Shown: positions 1-9,987, counted from the first letter of the stretch. The stretch is DNA of 64,000 nt from Promethearchaeota archaeon (GCA_019058365.1 JAHPZE010000008.1:64001-128000), one strand, 5' to 3'. Translations and numbers: made by a program. The notes: generated by a model from the sequence alone, not told the origin.

Positions 1-1035
1 GGAATGACATGGATAGTTCCAATAGTTAATGGACAGATGGTCCAACATGCCGTTCAGAAACTTCCACTAGCGGGTGTAGACGTTAACCAAAACTTAAAAA
101 GTCTCCTAATGAGAGAAGGTGTAAGTATTTCTTCTAGTGCTGCTGATGAGATTCTTCAAGAGATAAAAGAAAAGAATTGCTATTTTGTATTGGATCCTAA
201 TAAACCTTCTACAACAGGAGAAATGTTTAATGTTCCGATGCCTGATGGCTCAAGCATCAACGTTCCGACTTATATTCTCTATCAAGCTCCAGAAGTTTTA
301 TTTAATCCATCTATGTTAGGCTATACAAATATAATGAATATAACTCAAGCAGTTATTGCTTGTCTAAGAGCAATAGATAATCAATATTGGCATGATCTTT
401 TATCACATATAGTATTTTCCGGAGGAAATCTTTCCTATAGTGGCTTTCAAGAACGCTTTGAATCAGAATTGGATCCACTTCTTTCTCAACTAGGTAGGAT
501 TCCTAAACCCGTCGCACCTCTCTCTGCAATGAAAAGCGAATTAATCAAATTACAAGCTGTTGAAATCTCAAAGAAAAAAGAAGATACTTGCCCACATTGT
601 GGCAGTTTAATAAACTTAAATGATGGAAAAGAATTATGTCCTTCATGTGGAGGAGTATTAATTTTACCTGAAATAAAGATTGGTGCATTAAATCAAAATA
701 ATAAAAAAAGAAATAAATGCCCACATTGCTTAAGAGAAATAACTGATATATCTTCACTTTTCTGTCCTTATTGTGGAGCATCTATGGAAAATTTAGAAAA
801 AACTCAAATCCCTGAAGAAATTTCAAAAAAATCACCTGCTCAAGAATTTTCTGAATTCATGGAATCTGCTAATAAAATAATCAAATTTTTTGTACCCGAT
901 AACCTTCAATTTGCTATTTTTACTGGTGCGGCTATTTTAGGAAGTTTACCTTCTTTCCAACAGATATTTATTACTTATGAACAATTCCAAACAAATAGGG
1001 ATCTGTTATATAGAGATATTAGCGAGATTCTTTAA
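1..1035 (+). CDS. Actin-family protein (Asgard actin-related), 5'-truncated by window edge, with internal double zinc-ribbon insertion
   Basis: Colinear actin motifs: GMTWIVPIVNG~GVTHTVPIYEG, LAGVDV~LAGRDL, EIKEKNCY~DIKEKLCY, APEVLFNPS~CPETLFQPS, IVFSGG~TVLSGG, AIFTGAAILGSL~SVWIGGSILASL; four CPxC motifs between the last two blocks. Confidence 0.92.
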   Translation, partial: GMTWIVPIVNGQMVQHAVQKLPLAGVDVNQNLKSLLMREGVSISSSAADEILQEIKEKNCYFVLDPNKPSTTGEMFNVPMPDGSSINVPTYILYQAPEVLFNPSMLGYTNIMNITQAVIACLRAIDNQYWHDLLSHIVFSGGNLSYSGFQERFESELDPLLSQLGRIPKPVAPLSAMKSELIKLQAVEISKKKEDTCPHCGSLINLNDGKELCPSCGGVLILPEIKIGALNQNNKKRNKCPHCLREITDISSLFCPYCGASMENLEKTQIPEEISKKSPAQEFSEFMESANKIIKFFVPDNLQFAIFTGAAILGSLPSFQQIFITYEQFQTNRDLLYRDISEIL

Positions 1036-1189
1036 GTAAAAAATAAGATATTTGGATTTTTATTTGTATTTCTTACTTAATTATGTAAAATTGAAATATT
1101 CCTTTAAATTCTTTAAACATATAGTTACTTTTTAATTTCAAGATATATTTTTAAAATTAAATTTTAAGTTAACAGATAGGTTTTATTAT

Positions 1190-2290
1190 TTGAAGCATAA
1201 ATATCGGAGTTTAATCATTAGTACAATTGTAATATTTTTGGCTATAAATGCAATCCCGAGTGCCTTGGCAAAAACACGGCAGTATTATTTAACTAGTTTT
1301 ATATATAAAAATGAAATCCAAGGTGAGGGTTTTACTAATGCTATTGATAGCGATGATAGCATATCTTTTGAAGCAACAACTTATGCATTAGACATATTAA
1401 ATTATTTTGCAGTAAATCCACATAATATTGAAACACTTAAAAGCACTTTAGAAGATGACATTGAGGATATGTTTAATAATTATGAAGAAAATTTATATGA
1501 TTTATTCTTTTTAATGAAATCGCTAAATATTTTAGATCAGGATTATGAAATTAATCTTAATTTAGAAAATAAAATTTATGAATTTCTAAATGATACTGAA
1601 CAAATAACAGGTGGATTTTCTTATTCAAACACTACCGACTTAGTTAGTTTAACTTCAACCTATTACTGTATTCAACTTTTTTCATTAATAGAAAAACCAA
1701 TAGAAAATATTACAATACATAAGAACTGGGTTCTTTCATGTTATAATAGTGATGGTGGATATGGAAGCAATCAAAGTCTTCCTTCTACTATGGTAGATAC
1801 CTGTTTTGCAGTTTTTATTTTAGAGGAATTAGGAGAAATAGAAGCTTTAAATAGTGTTAATAAAACAATAGGGTATCTCCAATCTTTCTATGTTATAGAT
1901 TCTGCGGATCTTGACAATTATGGAGGATATATGCCAGATGATTATGCTTCAATTGCTTTGTTGAGTAGCACATATTATTGTGTAAAAGCAGTTTCTTTAA
2001 TTGATAGTACTAAATTATTTAAAAATACTATAAAAACATGGGTGTTAGCACGACAGAATTTCATGGATGGTGGATTTGCAGAGAACACTGAGGGATATCA
2101 ACAAAAAACTTCCTCAATTGTAGCCAGCTATTATGCATTTGAGACATTAAAAATATTAGGTTCTTTATCTAGTTTCCTCAGTGAAATTTGGATGGTAGAA
2201 TTTAATTACTGGATCTTAGGAATAGTTCTTTTTTCTATTGGATTAGTTATTGTAGCAGCTATATTTCTTTGGAGAAGAACAAGAATATAA
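1190..2290 (+). CDS. Prenyltransferase/squalene-oxidase-repeat (alpha/alpha barrel) protein with signal peptide and C-terminal TM anchor
   Basis: Repeats TGGFS, SCYNSDGGYG, YGGYM, RQNFMDGGFA each followed by a T/SYY-type helix; hydrophobic N-terminus ending ALA; C-terminal TM followed by WRRTRI; TTG start. Confidence 0.75.
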   Translation: MKHKYRSLIISTIVIFLAINAIPSALAKTRQYYLTSFIYKNEIQGEGFTNAIDSDDSISFEATTYALDILNYFAVNPHNIETLKSTLEDDIEDMFNNYEENLYDLFFLMKSLNILDQDYEINLNLENKIYEFLNDTEQITGGFSYSNTTDLVSLTSTYYCIQLFSLIEKPIENITIHKNWVLSCYNSDGGYGSNQSLPSTMVDTCFAVFILEELGEIEALNSVNKTIGYLQSFYVIDSADLDNYGGYMPDDYASIALLSSTYYCVKAVSLIDSTKLFKNTIKTWVLARQNFMDGGFAENTEGYQQKTSSIVASYYAFETLKILGSLSSFLSEIWMVEFNYWILGIVLFSIGLVIVAAIFLWRRTRI

Positions 2291-2372
2291 ACATTTTGGG
2301 TTCATACAATATTTTGATGTTAATATAATTGTTTTTTTTAAATTTCAAATTTTATTATACACAGGATGGATC

Positions 2373-3242
2373 ATGCATAATAAAATCTTAGATGGAAAAA
2401 TATTAGCAGAAAAATTAAATTCAGAATTAAAAGAGCTAATTAAAAAAGCAATAGAGGAAACAGGAAAGCACCCAAAATTAGCTACTATACTTGTGGGAAA
2501 TGATCCCGCCTCTCAAGTTTATGTAAATATTAAACATAAAACATGCCAAGCTGTAGGTATTGATTCCATTATTGTTGAGTTAGAAAAAGATATTTCCAAG
2601 GAAGAACTTCTATATGAAATTGACAAACTCAATAAAGATTCCACTATTCATGGTATTTTATTGCAAATCCCACTTCCAGAAAAATTAAAAGTGGCTACAG
2701 CTGAGTTTCAAGAGAAAATATCACCCTTGAAAGATGCAGATGGTTTAAATCCAGTTAATAGAGGGAAACTATTTGATTATAATGAAGAATTAGCTCCGTG
2801 TACTCCTAAAGGAATAATTGCACTTTTAGAAAATTATAATATAGGACTTAAGGGGAAAGACACTGTTATTATAAATAGATCAAATTTAGTAGGCAAACCA
2901 CTAATATTTTTACTCTTAAAAAGGAATGCCACTGTTTCCATTTGCCATACATCAACAAAAGATATTGATAGATATATTAAAAACGCGGATATATTGATTG
3001 TTGCAGTAAGTAAACCAAAATTTATAACAAAAAAAAGAATTAAAGAAGGTGTTGTGATCATCGATGTTGGTACGAACAGAATTGATGGTAGATTATGTGG
3101 GGATGTTGATTTTGAAGATGTTTTTGAAAAATGTTCTTCGATAACACCTTCTCCCGGCGGGGTGGGGCCTCTCACAGTTCATTTTCTACTCCAAAATACT
3201 TTTACAGCTTATAAAAAACAATTGAATCTAACCAAAATGTAA
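2373..3242 (+). CDS. folD: Bifunctional methylenetetrahydrofolate dehydrogenase/cyclohydrolase
   Basis: ILDGK, ASQVYV, KDADG, PCTPKG, NRSNLVGKP, ITPSPGGVGPLT. Confidence 0.97.
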   Translation: MHNKILDGKILAEKLNSELKELIKKAIEETGKHPKLATILVGNDPASQVYVNIKHKTCQAVGIDSIIVELEKDISKEELLYEIDKLNKDSTIHGILLQIPLPEKLKVATAEFQEKISPLKDADGLNPVNRGKLFDYNEELAPCTPKGIIALLENYNIGLKGKDTVIINRSNLVGKPLIFLLLKRNATVSICHTSTKDIDRYIKNADILIVAVSKPKFITKKRIKEGVVIIDVGTNRIDGRLCGDVDFEDVFEKCSSITPSPGGVGPLTVHFLLQNTFTAYKKQLNLTKM

Positions 3243-3457
3243 CTATTAGACTCCTTCTTTTAAGAATTTAAATCAATTATAGAAGAATTTAATTGAATAT
3301 TAGTACTTATAATATCAATTTTAATCTAAAAAAACGATAAAAATAATATTAATTAAAGCTTAAAAAAAAAATAGAACTAAAAACTTTAATTATAAACATT
3401 AAACAAGAATAGAAAATTTATCATATTTTAGATAGAGTAAAAACATCCTTTATTAAA

Positions 3458-3913
3458 ATGGCAATTCTTGAAGTAGGAATTAATTTGGGAATGCGAAATT
3501 TAGTTGAAATTAAGTATTATTCATCTTCAGACAATTTATTAGATCCAAACTTACGTGCTGGATTTTTAACTGCACTTGAAAGTTTTACTACTGAAGTATT
3601 TGGCGATGATATTTCAATAATCAGTCTGGCTTCCTTTAAATTAGTTTGCTATTGCGAGATGATTCAATTACCTAATGATGATGTTGAAAATAAACAACCT
3701 TTATTATCATATGCAATAATAGAAAAAGGAACAGATGCATCAATAGTAAAAGATCAATTAAATCAAATTTTGTCCTATTTTCTCAATCGATATCCACTTA
3801 ATGATATATTTTCGAAAAAACCTAAATATTTTAAGCAATTTGAAAGTCGAATTAATGAAACATTAGGAGATTTAAAACTTAAAACAGAAGATAGATTTCG
3901 TTCTTTATTTTAA
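3458..3913 (+). CDS. Longin-like domain protein (Asgard type)
   Basis: DPNLRAGFLTALESFTTEVFG helix followed by beta strands and a C-terminal F..RY...F..F helix, a pattern typical of Asgard longin domains. Confidence 0.55.
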   Translation: MAILEVGINLGMRNLVEIKYYSSSDNLLDPNLRAGFLTALESFTTEVFGDDISIISLASFKLVCYCEMIQLPNDDVENKQPLLSYAIIEKGTDASIVKDQLNQILSYFLNRYPLNDIFSKKPKYFKQFESRINETLGDLKLKTEDRFRSLF

Positions 3914-3934
3914 ATATAAAAAAAGGATTTTAAA

Positions 3935-5128
3935 TTGAGTTCCAATTTACCTCCTCTAGCTAAAGCTAAATATCAAGAGTATCTAGATGCTGGGGCTTTA
4001 GAAGATAGAATCAAAAAATTAGAGGAATTTTTGTCTCTAGTTCCTAAACATAAAGCAACTGAAAAAATAGTTGCGCTTAATAAATCCCGCTTAGCAAAGA
4101 TGAAGCGTGAATTAGAGAATCGTAAGCAAAAACAAAAAATTACACAAAAAATTATTAGTCCTTTTTCAATAAAAAAGGAAGGAATTCAAGTGATATTAAT
4201 CAGCAGTTTTCAAACTCCTGGAGTCGGAAAAACATCACTTCTGAATTTTCTAACTGGAGCTGCAGAAGAAAAAATTGGTAAATTTACAGCTTTACCAGAA
4301 ATTGGAATTTATCAATATCAAAAAATCCGGTTTCAAATAGTCGACATGCCTTCCATCATGGAGGGTGCCTCTGATGGAGTTGGAAATGGAAAAGAAATCC
4401 TATCACAACTTCGAGCAGCCGATTTATTATGTTTTTGTATAGACTTATCAACAAATTTTGAAGAACAAATGAATTTATTATTAAATGAATTATCTAAAGC
4501 TGATATACGATTAAATGTGTCACCACCACCTTTAATTATTGAAAAAACCGGAGCAAATAAAATTCAAGTGCTCTATCTGACTAAAGAGGCAAAGGAGATT
4601 GAAGGATTTGATGTATTAACAGAAGAAATAAAAGAGATTATATATGAAAATGGGATTCGTAATGGTATTGTAAAAATTTATGGTGAAATAACTCTTGACA
4701 ATGTGATAGACGTTTTAACTCCTTCTGTCGTATATAAAAAAGTAATTTTACTAGGAACTAAGGGAGATCTTTCTCATACTCAAGATATTTTTGAAAATTT
4801 AAAAAGTAAGTATTCAGATAAATTTCCTATAATTTTAGGGACAAGTTATCAAAAAGAGAATTTTCCTAGAGATTTTGGTGAAATAATCTTAAAATTCTTA
4901 AAGAAAATTAAAATTTATACTATGAGTGGTGGAATTGTTGCTGAACAACCATTGATAATGGATGAAAATCCTACTGTTAAGGAAGTTGCATTAAAAATTC
5001 ATAGAAGTTTTTATGATTCTTTCGACCATGCTATAATAATACGAGAAGGAGAACGTCAAAAACGTAAAAAAGTTGGTTTAGATTACATTTTAGCGGACAA
5101 TGATATAGTAGAAATACACTTAACTTAA
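3935..5128 (+). CDS. DRG/OBG-family GTPase with C-terminal TGS domain
   Basis: PKHKATEK N-terminus, PGVGKTS, DMPS, TKGD, KIHRSF...KKVGLDYILADNDIVEIH (TGS). Confidence 0.9.
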   Translation: MSSNLPPLAKAKYQEYLDAGALEDRIKKLEEFLSLVPKHKATEKIVALNKSRLAKMKRELENRKQKQKITQKIISPFSIKKEGIQVILISSFQTPGVGKTSLLNFLTGAAEEKIGKFTALPEIGIYQYQKIRFQIVDMPSIMEGASDGVGNGKEILSQLRAADLLCFCIDLSTNFEEQMNLLLNELSKADIRLNVSPPPLIIEKTGANKIQVLYLTKEAKEIEGFDVLTEEIKEIIYENGIRNGIVKIYGEITLDNVIDVLTPSVVYKKVILLGTKGDLSHTQDIFENLKSKYSDKFPIILGTSYQKENFPRDFGEIILKFLKKIKIYTMSGGIVAEQPLIMDENPTVKEVALKIHRSFYDSFDHAIIIREGERQKRKKVGLDYILADNDIVEIHLT

Positions 5129-7791
5129 TACTTTATGCTTTCTATTAAGTTTGGAATTTCTTTAATCTCTCTTACATAATTTTCATTTAAATTAGATATA
5201 CCTTCTGCAATATTTTTAATGCTTTCCAGACTATAGATTAAATTCTCTAAATAATCGATAAGATCTCCTTTAAAAACTAATATCTTATATTCATTAATCA
5301 AATAATTAGAGATCTCTTCAATTGTCATATCTTCTTTAATACGTAGATTAACTATTAAGTTTTCCAGATTTAAACGTCCGCAATCACAATATGGATTATC
5401 TTTACAGCTACAACTAAATATATCACTTGTTAGTTTCATTAAAAAATCAATAAAATCACGTGAGAATGTTTTTCTTTTCTTAACATAGTCAGCGTTCATT
5501 AAGGATAACACACTAGCACTGAATAAATTGTTTGAAAAATATTTCATATTGATATTCTTAGATAAATCTGCAACGATGTTTTTTGATAAATAAACATTTC
5601 TTAGAAATTCTAAGTCTAAAGCAATATCTAAAGGAGTAGCTAAATTATCTTGCAATTTTTTAATGATATTAAGACTTTCGTTAACACTTAAAAAAGAATT
5701 AGCGATAGCTCTTCCTAAACGGGTAGATTTAACTGTTAAATCTTCCTTTATCCTTATTAATCTAAAACTTATTAATTTCTTTAAAACGTCTTCTAAATCA
5801 AAATGAACATTAATTAAATGGTTATAAAAATCATAGATAAGTTCTTTTGAAATCCATTGATTAAACATAGAAATAAATGCAAGAATTTCTGTTTGAGATT
5901 TATCTTCGTCGGGAACAAGCTCATAATCTTTAATCTTACCATTTAATAGTTTTATCGCAATATTTTCTTCAGTAAGTTTCATTTTAGGAGAATAGACTTT
6001 TCCAGGTTCAACAAGAATATATGCTAAACCCTTTTCATGCTTTTTTAATCTCCCTGCTCTTCCCAGCATCTGTTCAAATTCTGCAACCGATAACCAATTT
6101 ATACCCATTGCTAACGACTCAAAGATTACTTGACGCGCTGGTAGATCTACTCCCGCTGCTAAAGCCGCTGTTGCAACCACACCAGTTATTCTTTGAGCTT
6201 GAAAATTTTCTTCAATAACTTTCCTTTCTTCATTAGTTAAACCCGAATGATATGCGGAAATATTTATACCTTTTTTTTGTAGATAAGATGTTATTAATTC
6301 ACATTTTTTTCTGGTATTTGAAAATATGATTGATTGACCTTTAAAACCATACATAGATTTCTCATAGAAAGAAGATTTTACTAATTTTGAAATATATTTT
6401 TGCTTTTGGGTTTCATTCAAGCATAATATTAAATGGCGTTCAACTGGAACAGGGCGATTATCATATTTTATTAATTGACAATTCAATTTTTTTGCAAGTA
6501 GTTCTGGTTCTCCCAGTGTTGCACTCAAATACAAAAACTGAGAATTATATTGTGTTTTTAGTCTCGCGATTAAACCGTCCAATATAAATCCACGTTCAGG
6601 ATCAATTAATGTTTGTATCTCATCAATAATAATTGTACCAATATTTCCTAAGAGTTCTTTTTTCCCATTCCTTAAAATATAGTCAATTGCTTCATAAGTT
6701 GCTATTATGATATGGGCATTAGTTAAATCTTGAATATTATCCGCCTCTTTCTTTCCAAATAATGATTCTCCAACTCTCTTGATAACTTTCAATTTAAGTC
6801 TTTTATATTTTTCCTTAAATTCTTCTGTTCTTATGTTAGCTAAAGCCACAATCGGCACTAAATACAACATTTTAGCACTTCTATTATTCAAAACACTCGA
6901 AATACCAGCCAATTCACCTACTAAAGTTTTGCCTCCAGAAGTAGGCGCCATAATTAATTGATCAAAACGTTCCATTAACAAACCTTTTTCAACTGATATT
7001 GCTTGAATTGGTAATAGGGTAGATATATTTGACCCTTTAAGTGTTTCTTTAAGTTCAAGAGGGATATTTAGATTTTCTATTCTTATATTAAGATATTTCT
7101 TACTAACCGGAGTTTTTTTTTCAATATCATAAAGTGTAATTTCTTTATTATTTACTGGATTGAAATCTGCATTAAAAGCACTTAATACTTTTCTGATATC
7201 TCTAAATTTAAGTAACATATGCATTAAAAAACTCTTTAACTTTGGACTGATTTTTTCTTGAGAAATCATCCCCGTAAGCTTAATTCTATTCACAACAATA
7301 TCATAAGCACATTTAGAACAAATAATTTGATTTTTTAAAGCTCTAATTTGCAAATTCTCATTTAGCAATGTAAACTTTTTTTTATCCAAACAAGAATCAC
7401 AAATAGTTAAGTTAATTATCTTATCTTTATCATATTGAAAACTATTTAACATTTCTTTAACTGGCAAAATATCTTTAGGCATAGTCTGGCTTGAGAATGC
7501 AATAAATTTGTTTTTCTCTGAAATGATAAACTTTCTTAGTAAATGTGGATCAATAGGCTTTGTACTTCCATCAATTTCGATTTTATTGAAATTTAGAGGT
7601 CTCATCTTATTTTTAAAATCTAATCCGAATAATACCGTACCCTTGAAGAAAGGTTCATTTACATACGTAAATGTGAATCTTTTTTTTTTAAATGATTTAA
7701 GGTAAAAGAAATTTACATTGAAAAGTATTTCTTTTTTAGAATCACGATTTCTATCCAAAACAATGAAATAAGATCTTGAAGGAATACTCAA
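5125..7791 (-). CDS. Archaeal SF2 DEAD/DEAH-box (Ski2-like) helicase with Cys-rich C-terminal domain
   Basis: LLPIQ, APTSGGKT, IIIDEIQ, LSAT, YHSGL, QMLGRAGR; CSCKDNPYCDC. Confidence 0.93.
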   Translation of the reverse strand: MSIPSRSYFIVLDRNRDSKKEILFNVNFFYLKSFKKKRFTFTYVNEPFFKGTVLFGLDFKNKMRPLNFNKIEIDGSTKPIDPHLLRKFIISEKNKFIAFSSQTMPKDILPVKEMLNSFQYDKDKIINLTICDSCLDKKKFTLLNENLQIRALKNQIICSKCAYDIVVNRIKLTGMISQEKISPKLKSFLMHMLLKFRDIRKVLSAFNADFNPVNNKEITLYDIEKKTPVSKKYLNIRIENLNIPLELKETLKGSNISTLLPIQAISVEKGLLMERFDQLIMAPTSGGKTLVGELAGISSVLNNRSAKMLYLVPIVALANIRTEEFKEKYKRLKLKVIKRVGESLFGKKEADNIQDLTNAHIIIATYEAIDYILRNGKKELLGNIGTIIIDEIQTLIDPERGFILDGLIARLKTQYNSQFLYLSATLGEPELLAKKLNCQLIKYDNRPVPVERHLILCLNETQKQKYISKLVKSSFYEKSMYGFKGQSIIFSNTRKKCELITSYLQKKGINISAYHSGLTNEERKVIEENFQAQRITGVVATAALAAGVDLPARQVIFESLAMGINWLSVAEFEQMLGRAGRLKKHEKGLAYILVEPGKVYSPKMKLTEENIAIKLLNGKIKDYELVPDEDKSQTEILAFISMFNQWISKELIYDFYNHLINVHFDLEDVLKKLISFRLIRIKEDLTVKSTRLGRAIANSFLSVNESLNIIKKLQDNLATPLDIALDLEFLRNVYLSKNIVADLSKNINMKYFSNNLFSASVLSLMNADYVKKRKTFSRDFIDFLMKLTSDIFSCSCKDNPYCDCGRLNLENLIVNLRIKEDMTIEEISNYLINEYKILVFKGDLIDYLENLIYSLESIKNIAEGISNLNENYVREIKEIPNLIESIKY

Positions 7792-7919
7792 TGTGAAACC
7801 ATTTATGGATAATATTAAATTAGAATGAATACCAACAATTCAATTTTACTAAATTCTAAAAAACCTAATATCAATTTAAGATAAATTAAGAATTAGGATA
7901 ATAAAAAAGAAATTAAAAA

Positions 7920-8081
7920 TTAGAATCCGAAAACTTGTTTAATTTTATCATAAACTTCTTTGATTTGCCTAAGTTTAGCCTCATCGCTCTGGTTTAGGAA
8001 ATGTTCTATCCATTGCGAAAGACCTTGATTCTTAATCCACTCAAGGAAGTATTCAACAGATTGACGTTCTTCAGCAGACAT
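7920..8081 (-). CDS. Small 53-aa protein missed by the ORF track (MSAEERQSVEYFLEWIKNQGLSQWIEHFLNQSDEAKLRQIKEVYDKIKQVFGF)
   Basis: Clean ATG(8081)-TAA(7920) frame, more GC-rich than the flanking intergenic DNA, amphipathic helical sequence, U-rich tract downstream. Confidence 0.7.
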   Translation of the reverse strand: MSAEERQSVEYFLEWIKNQGLSQWIEHFLNQSDEAKLRQIKEVYDKIKQVFGF

Positions 8082-8230
8082 TTTTTATTCTATTTTTCTC
8101 TTGTGTTTAATTACTTTTTTAATTTTCTTCTATATAAGAATATAAATCATACTATTTTATATTTTTATAATTCTAAATCAATTAAGTAAAGTTAATCAAA
8201 TTTACAATTAATTTTTATAAGTGAAAAAAA

Positions 8231-9187
8231 ATGTCAACCAGAATAAAAACGCCCAATCTTGATGACATTTGGGTGAAATGGAAGGAGAAAGCTGCAAGAA
8301 CAGATCGAAAAAAGATGGAAAAACAATTTGGAACCAAAGGAGCAGTTTTTTCTTTAGATGCTATAAGTGCAGCAGAATATGTTAAAGATACAATGAAAGA
8401 AGCAGCAATATATTTTGCTGTTAAAAAATCACTTGGACCTGCACCAACAGGGAAAGAAGAAAACTTAGTTACAGCTCCAAGAGTAGGAAGAGAACAATAT
8501 TATTCCTTTAAAGGTGCTGGTAAAATTAATAAGGAAAATTGGAAAGGTAATGAAAAAGTCCCTCATTTTGAGTCAATTCAAGCTGTTCCTTGCAAAAATT
8601 GCAAAGGAAAAGGATATCTCGAAGATAAATGTAAAACATGTAAAGGAACGGGAAAAATCGAGGAAATTTTTACAGTTTTAGTTGGTGAAGAACAAAAAAA
8701 AGAAAAAAAACCCTTTTCCTACCCTTGTGGTGCGTGTTATGGAACGGGTAACAGAACAGAACCATGCAAGGAGTGTGGAGGCCATAAGAATATGTATAAA
8801 TATGAAATTCTTCCAGTTCCTTTTCAATCTGTTGTAACTGGAATCCCAATTTTACATAGTAGTGCTCAAACAAGATATGAAAAAGAAATCGGCGAAGACC
8901 TTCATAAAATAATTGAAGATGTTGAAGGAATAAAATTCAGTGATTTTAAAGAACTAGAGTCTAAAACAGAAGCATCTTTAGGGTATATGAATAAAAATAT
9001 CAGTAAGACTATAGGAGCCGCGAAGACTGATTATAGAAAACATGAAAAGGATAAAGATGCCCAAATCACATCCCAGATTTATCTCTTTCCGATGATACAA
9101 ATGATGGCGATTACCAAGCGAGGAACGAAGTTTGAAATCTACAGTCTTGGCTCAGGAAATAAATTTATGGTTTATTCTAATTTTTAA
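8231..9187 (+). CDS. DnaJ-type CxxCxGxG zinc-finger protein without J domain (SSUH2-like)
   Basis: KVPH...CKNCKGKG, CKTCKGTG, CGACYGTG, CKECGG; no HPD motif. Confidence 0.7.
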   Translation: MSTRIKTPNLDDIWVKWKEKAARTDRKKMEKQFGTKGAVFSLDAISAAEYVKDTMKEAAIYFAVKKSLGPAPTGKEENLVTAPRVGREQYYSFKGAGKINKENWKGNEKVPHFESIQAVPCKNCKGKGYLEDKCKTCKGTGKIEEIFTVLVGEEQKKEKKPFSYPCGACYGTGNRTEPCKECGGHKNMYKYEILPVPFQSVVTGIPILHSSAQTRYEKEIGEDLHKIIEDVEGIKFSDFKELESKTEASLGYMNKNISKTIGAAKTDYRKHEKDKDAQITSQIYLFPMIQMMAITKRGTKFEIYSLGSGNKFMVYSNF

Positions 9188-9294
9188 TTCCTATTTTTTT
9201 TTTAAAGTTAATTTCTTAATTTTGTATTAAATAACGATCTTTTCTCCTAATTTAGCTCCTAATCTAAACATTTAAATATAAGATAAGATAAACA

Positions 9295-9326
9295 TAAGTT
9301 GAAACTTACATATAGGTTCAAACTTA
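9295..9326. promoter_or_regulatory. Tandem palindromic operator-like sites downstream of a TATA-like box of the ECF S-component gene
   Basis: TAAGTTGAAACTTA (9295-9308, perfect 6-bp arms) and TAGGTTCAAACTTA (9313-9326), 18-bp period; TTTAAATA at 9271-9278. Confidence 0.5.
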
Positions 9327-9346
9327 TATATATGAAGTGAAAAATA

Positions 9347-9979
9347 GTGATAGAAGAAAGTAAAATAGTGAAAGAAAAAAGGTCTTTTAATCACGAAAGT
9401 CTTTTTGGTTATTATATACCCGATAATGCATTTTTAATTTCGATGATTGGTATTTTTACAGCTTTAAATTTTGTTGTAACATATTGGATTCAGATTCCTA
9501 TTCCTGCTACTGGAGGTTACATTAATATTGGAGATGTTGCCGTAATGTTCACGGCCCTTTTATTTGGACCCATTATAGGGGGTATTGCAGGTGGCGTAGG
9601 ACCCATGCTAGCAGACATTTTTTCACCGTGGATAATTTATGCTCCTGCTACTCTACTTATTAAAGGCATCGAGGGATTTTTAATTGGATTTATTGCAAAT
9701 CCCAAAGATTGTGAAGGGAGAGTTTCTTATCATGATATAATTGCAGTTTTAACTGGTGGAATTTTAATTCCTTTGGGATATTTTATTTATGAAGCATTTA
9801 TACTTCAGTTAGGAATTGCCGTAGCATTGGTCGAGATGCCTGGTAACTTTTTTCAATTTGGATTTGCTGCAATAGGTTCAATTTTACTTATAGCTGCTTC
9901 AAGAAAAAACATAATTGAAGCTCTACCACAGATATTTAATAAAGTATTTATTCAAATAGATAAAGGAAACAATGAATAA
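9347..9979 (+). CDS. ECF transporter substrate-specific (S) component
   Basis: IPIPATGGYINIGD, GPIIGGIAGGVG..LAD, YAPATLLIKGIEG; ~6 TM segments. Confidence 0.88.
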   Translation: MIEESKIVKEKRSFNHESLFGYYIPDNAFLISMIGIFTALNFVVTYWIQIPIPATGGYINIGDVAVMFTALLFGPIIGGIAGGVGPMLADIFSPWIIYAPATLLIKGIEGFLIGFIANPKDCEGRVSYHDIIAVLTGGILIPLGYFIYEAFILQLGIAVALVEMPGNFFQFGFAAIGSILLIAASRKNIIEALPQIFNKVFIQIDKGNNE

Positions 9980-9987
9980 GGTATACT

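Noticed and set aside
8001-8189. 62-aa plus-strand ORF
   Set aside because: Low-complexity F/L/N-rich sequence overlapping the more convincing minus-strand 53-aa ORF and promoter DNA
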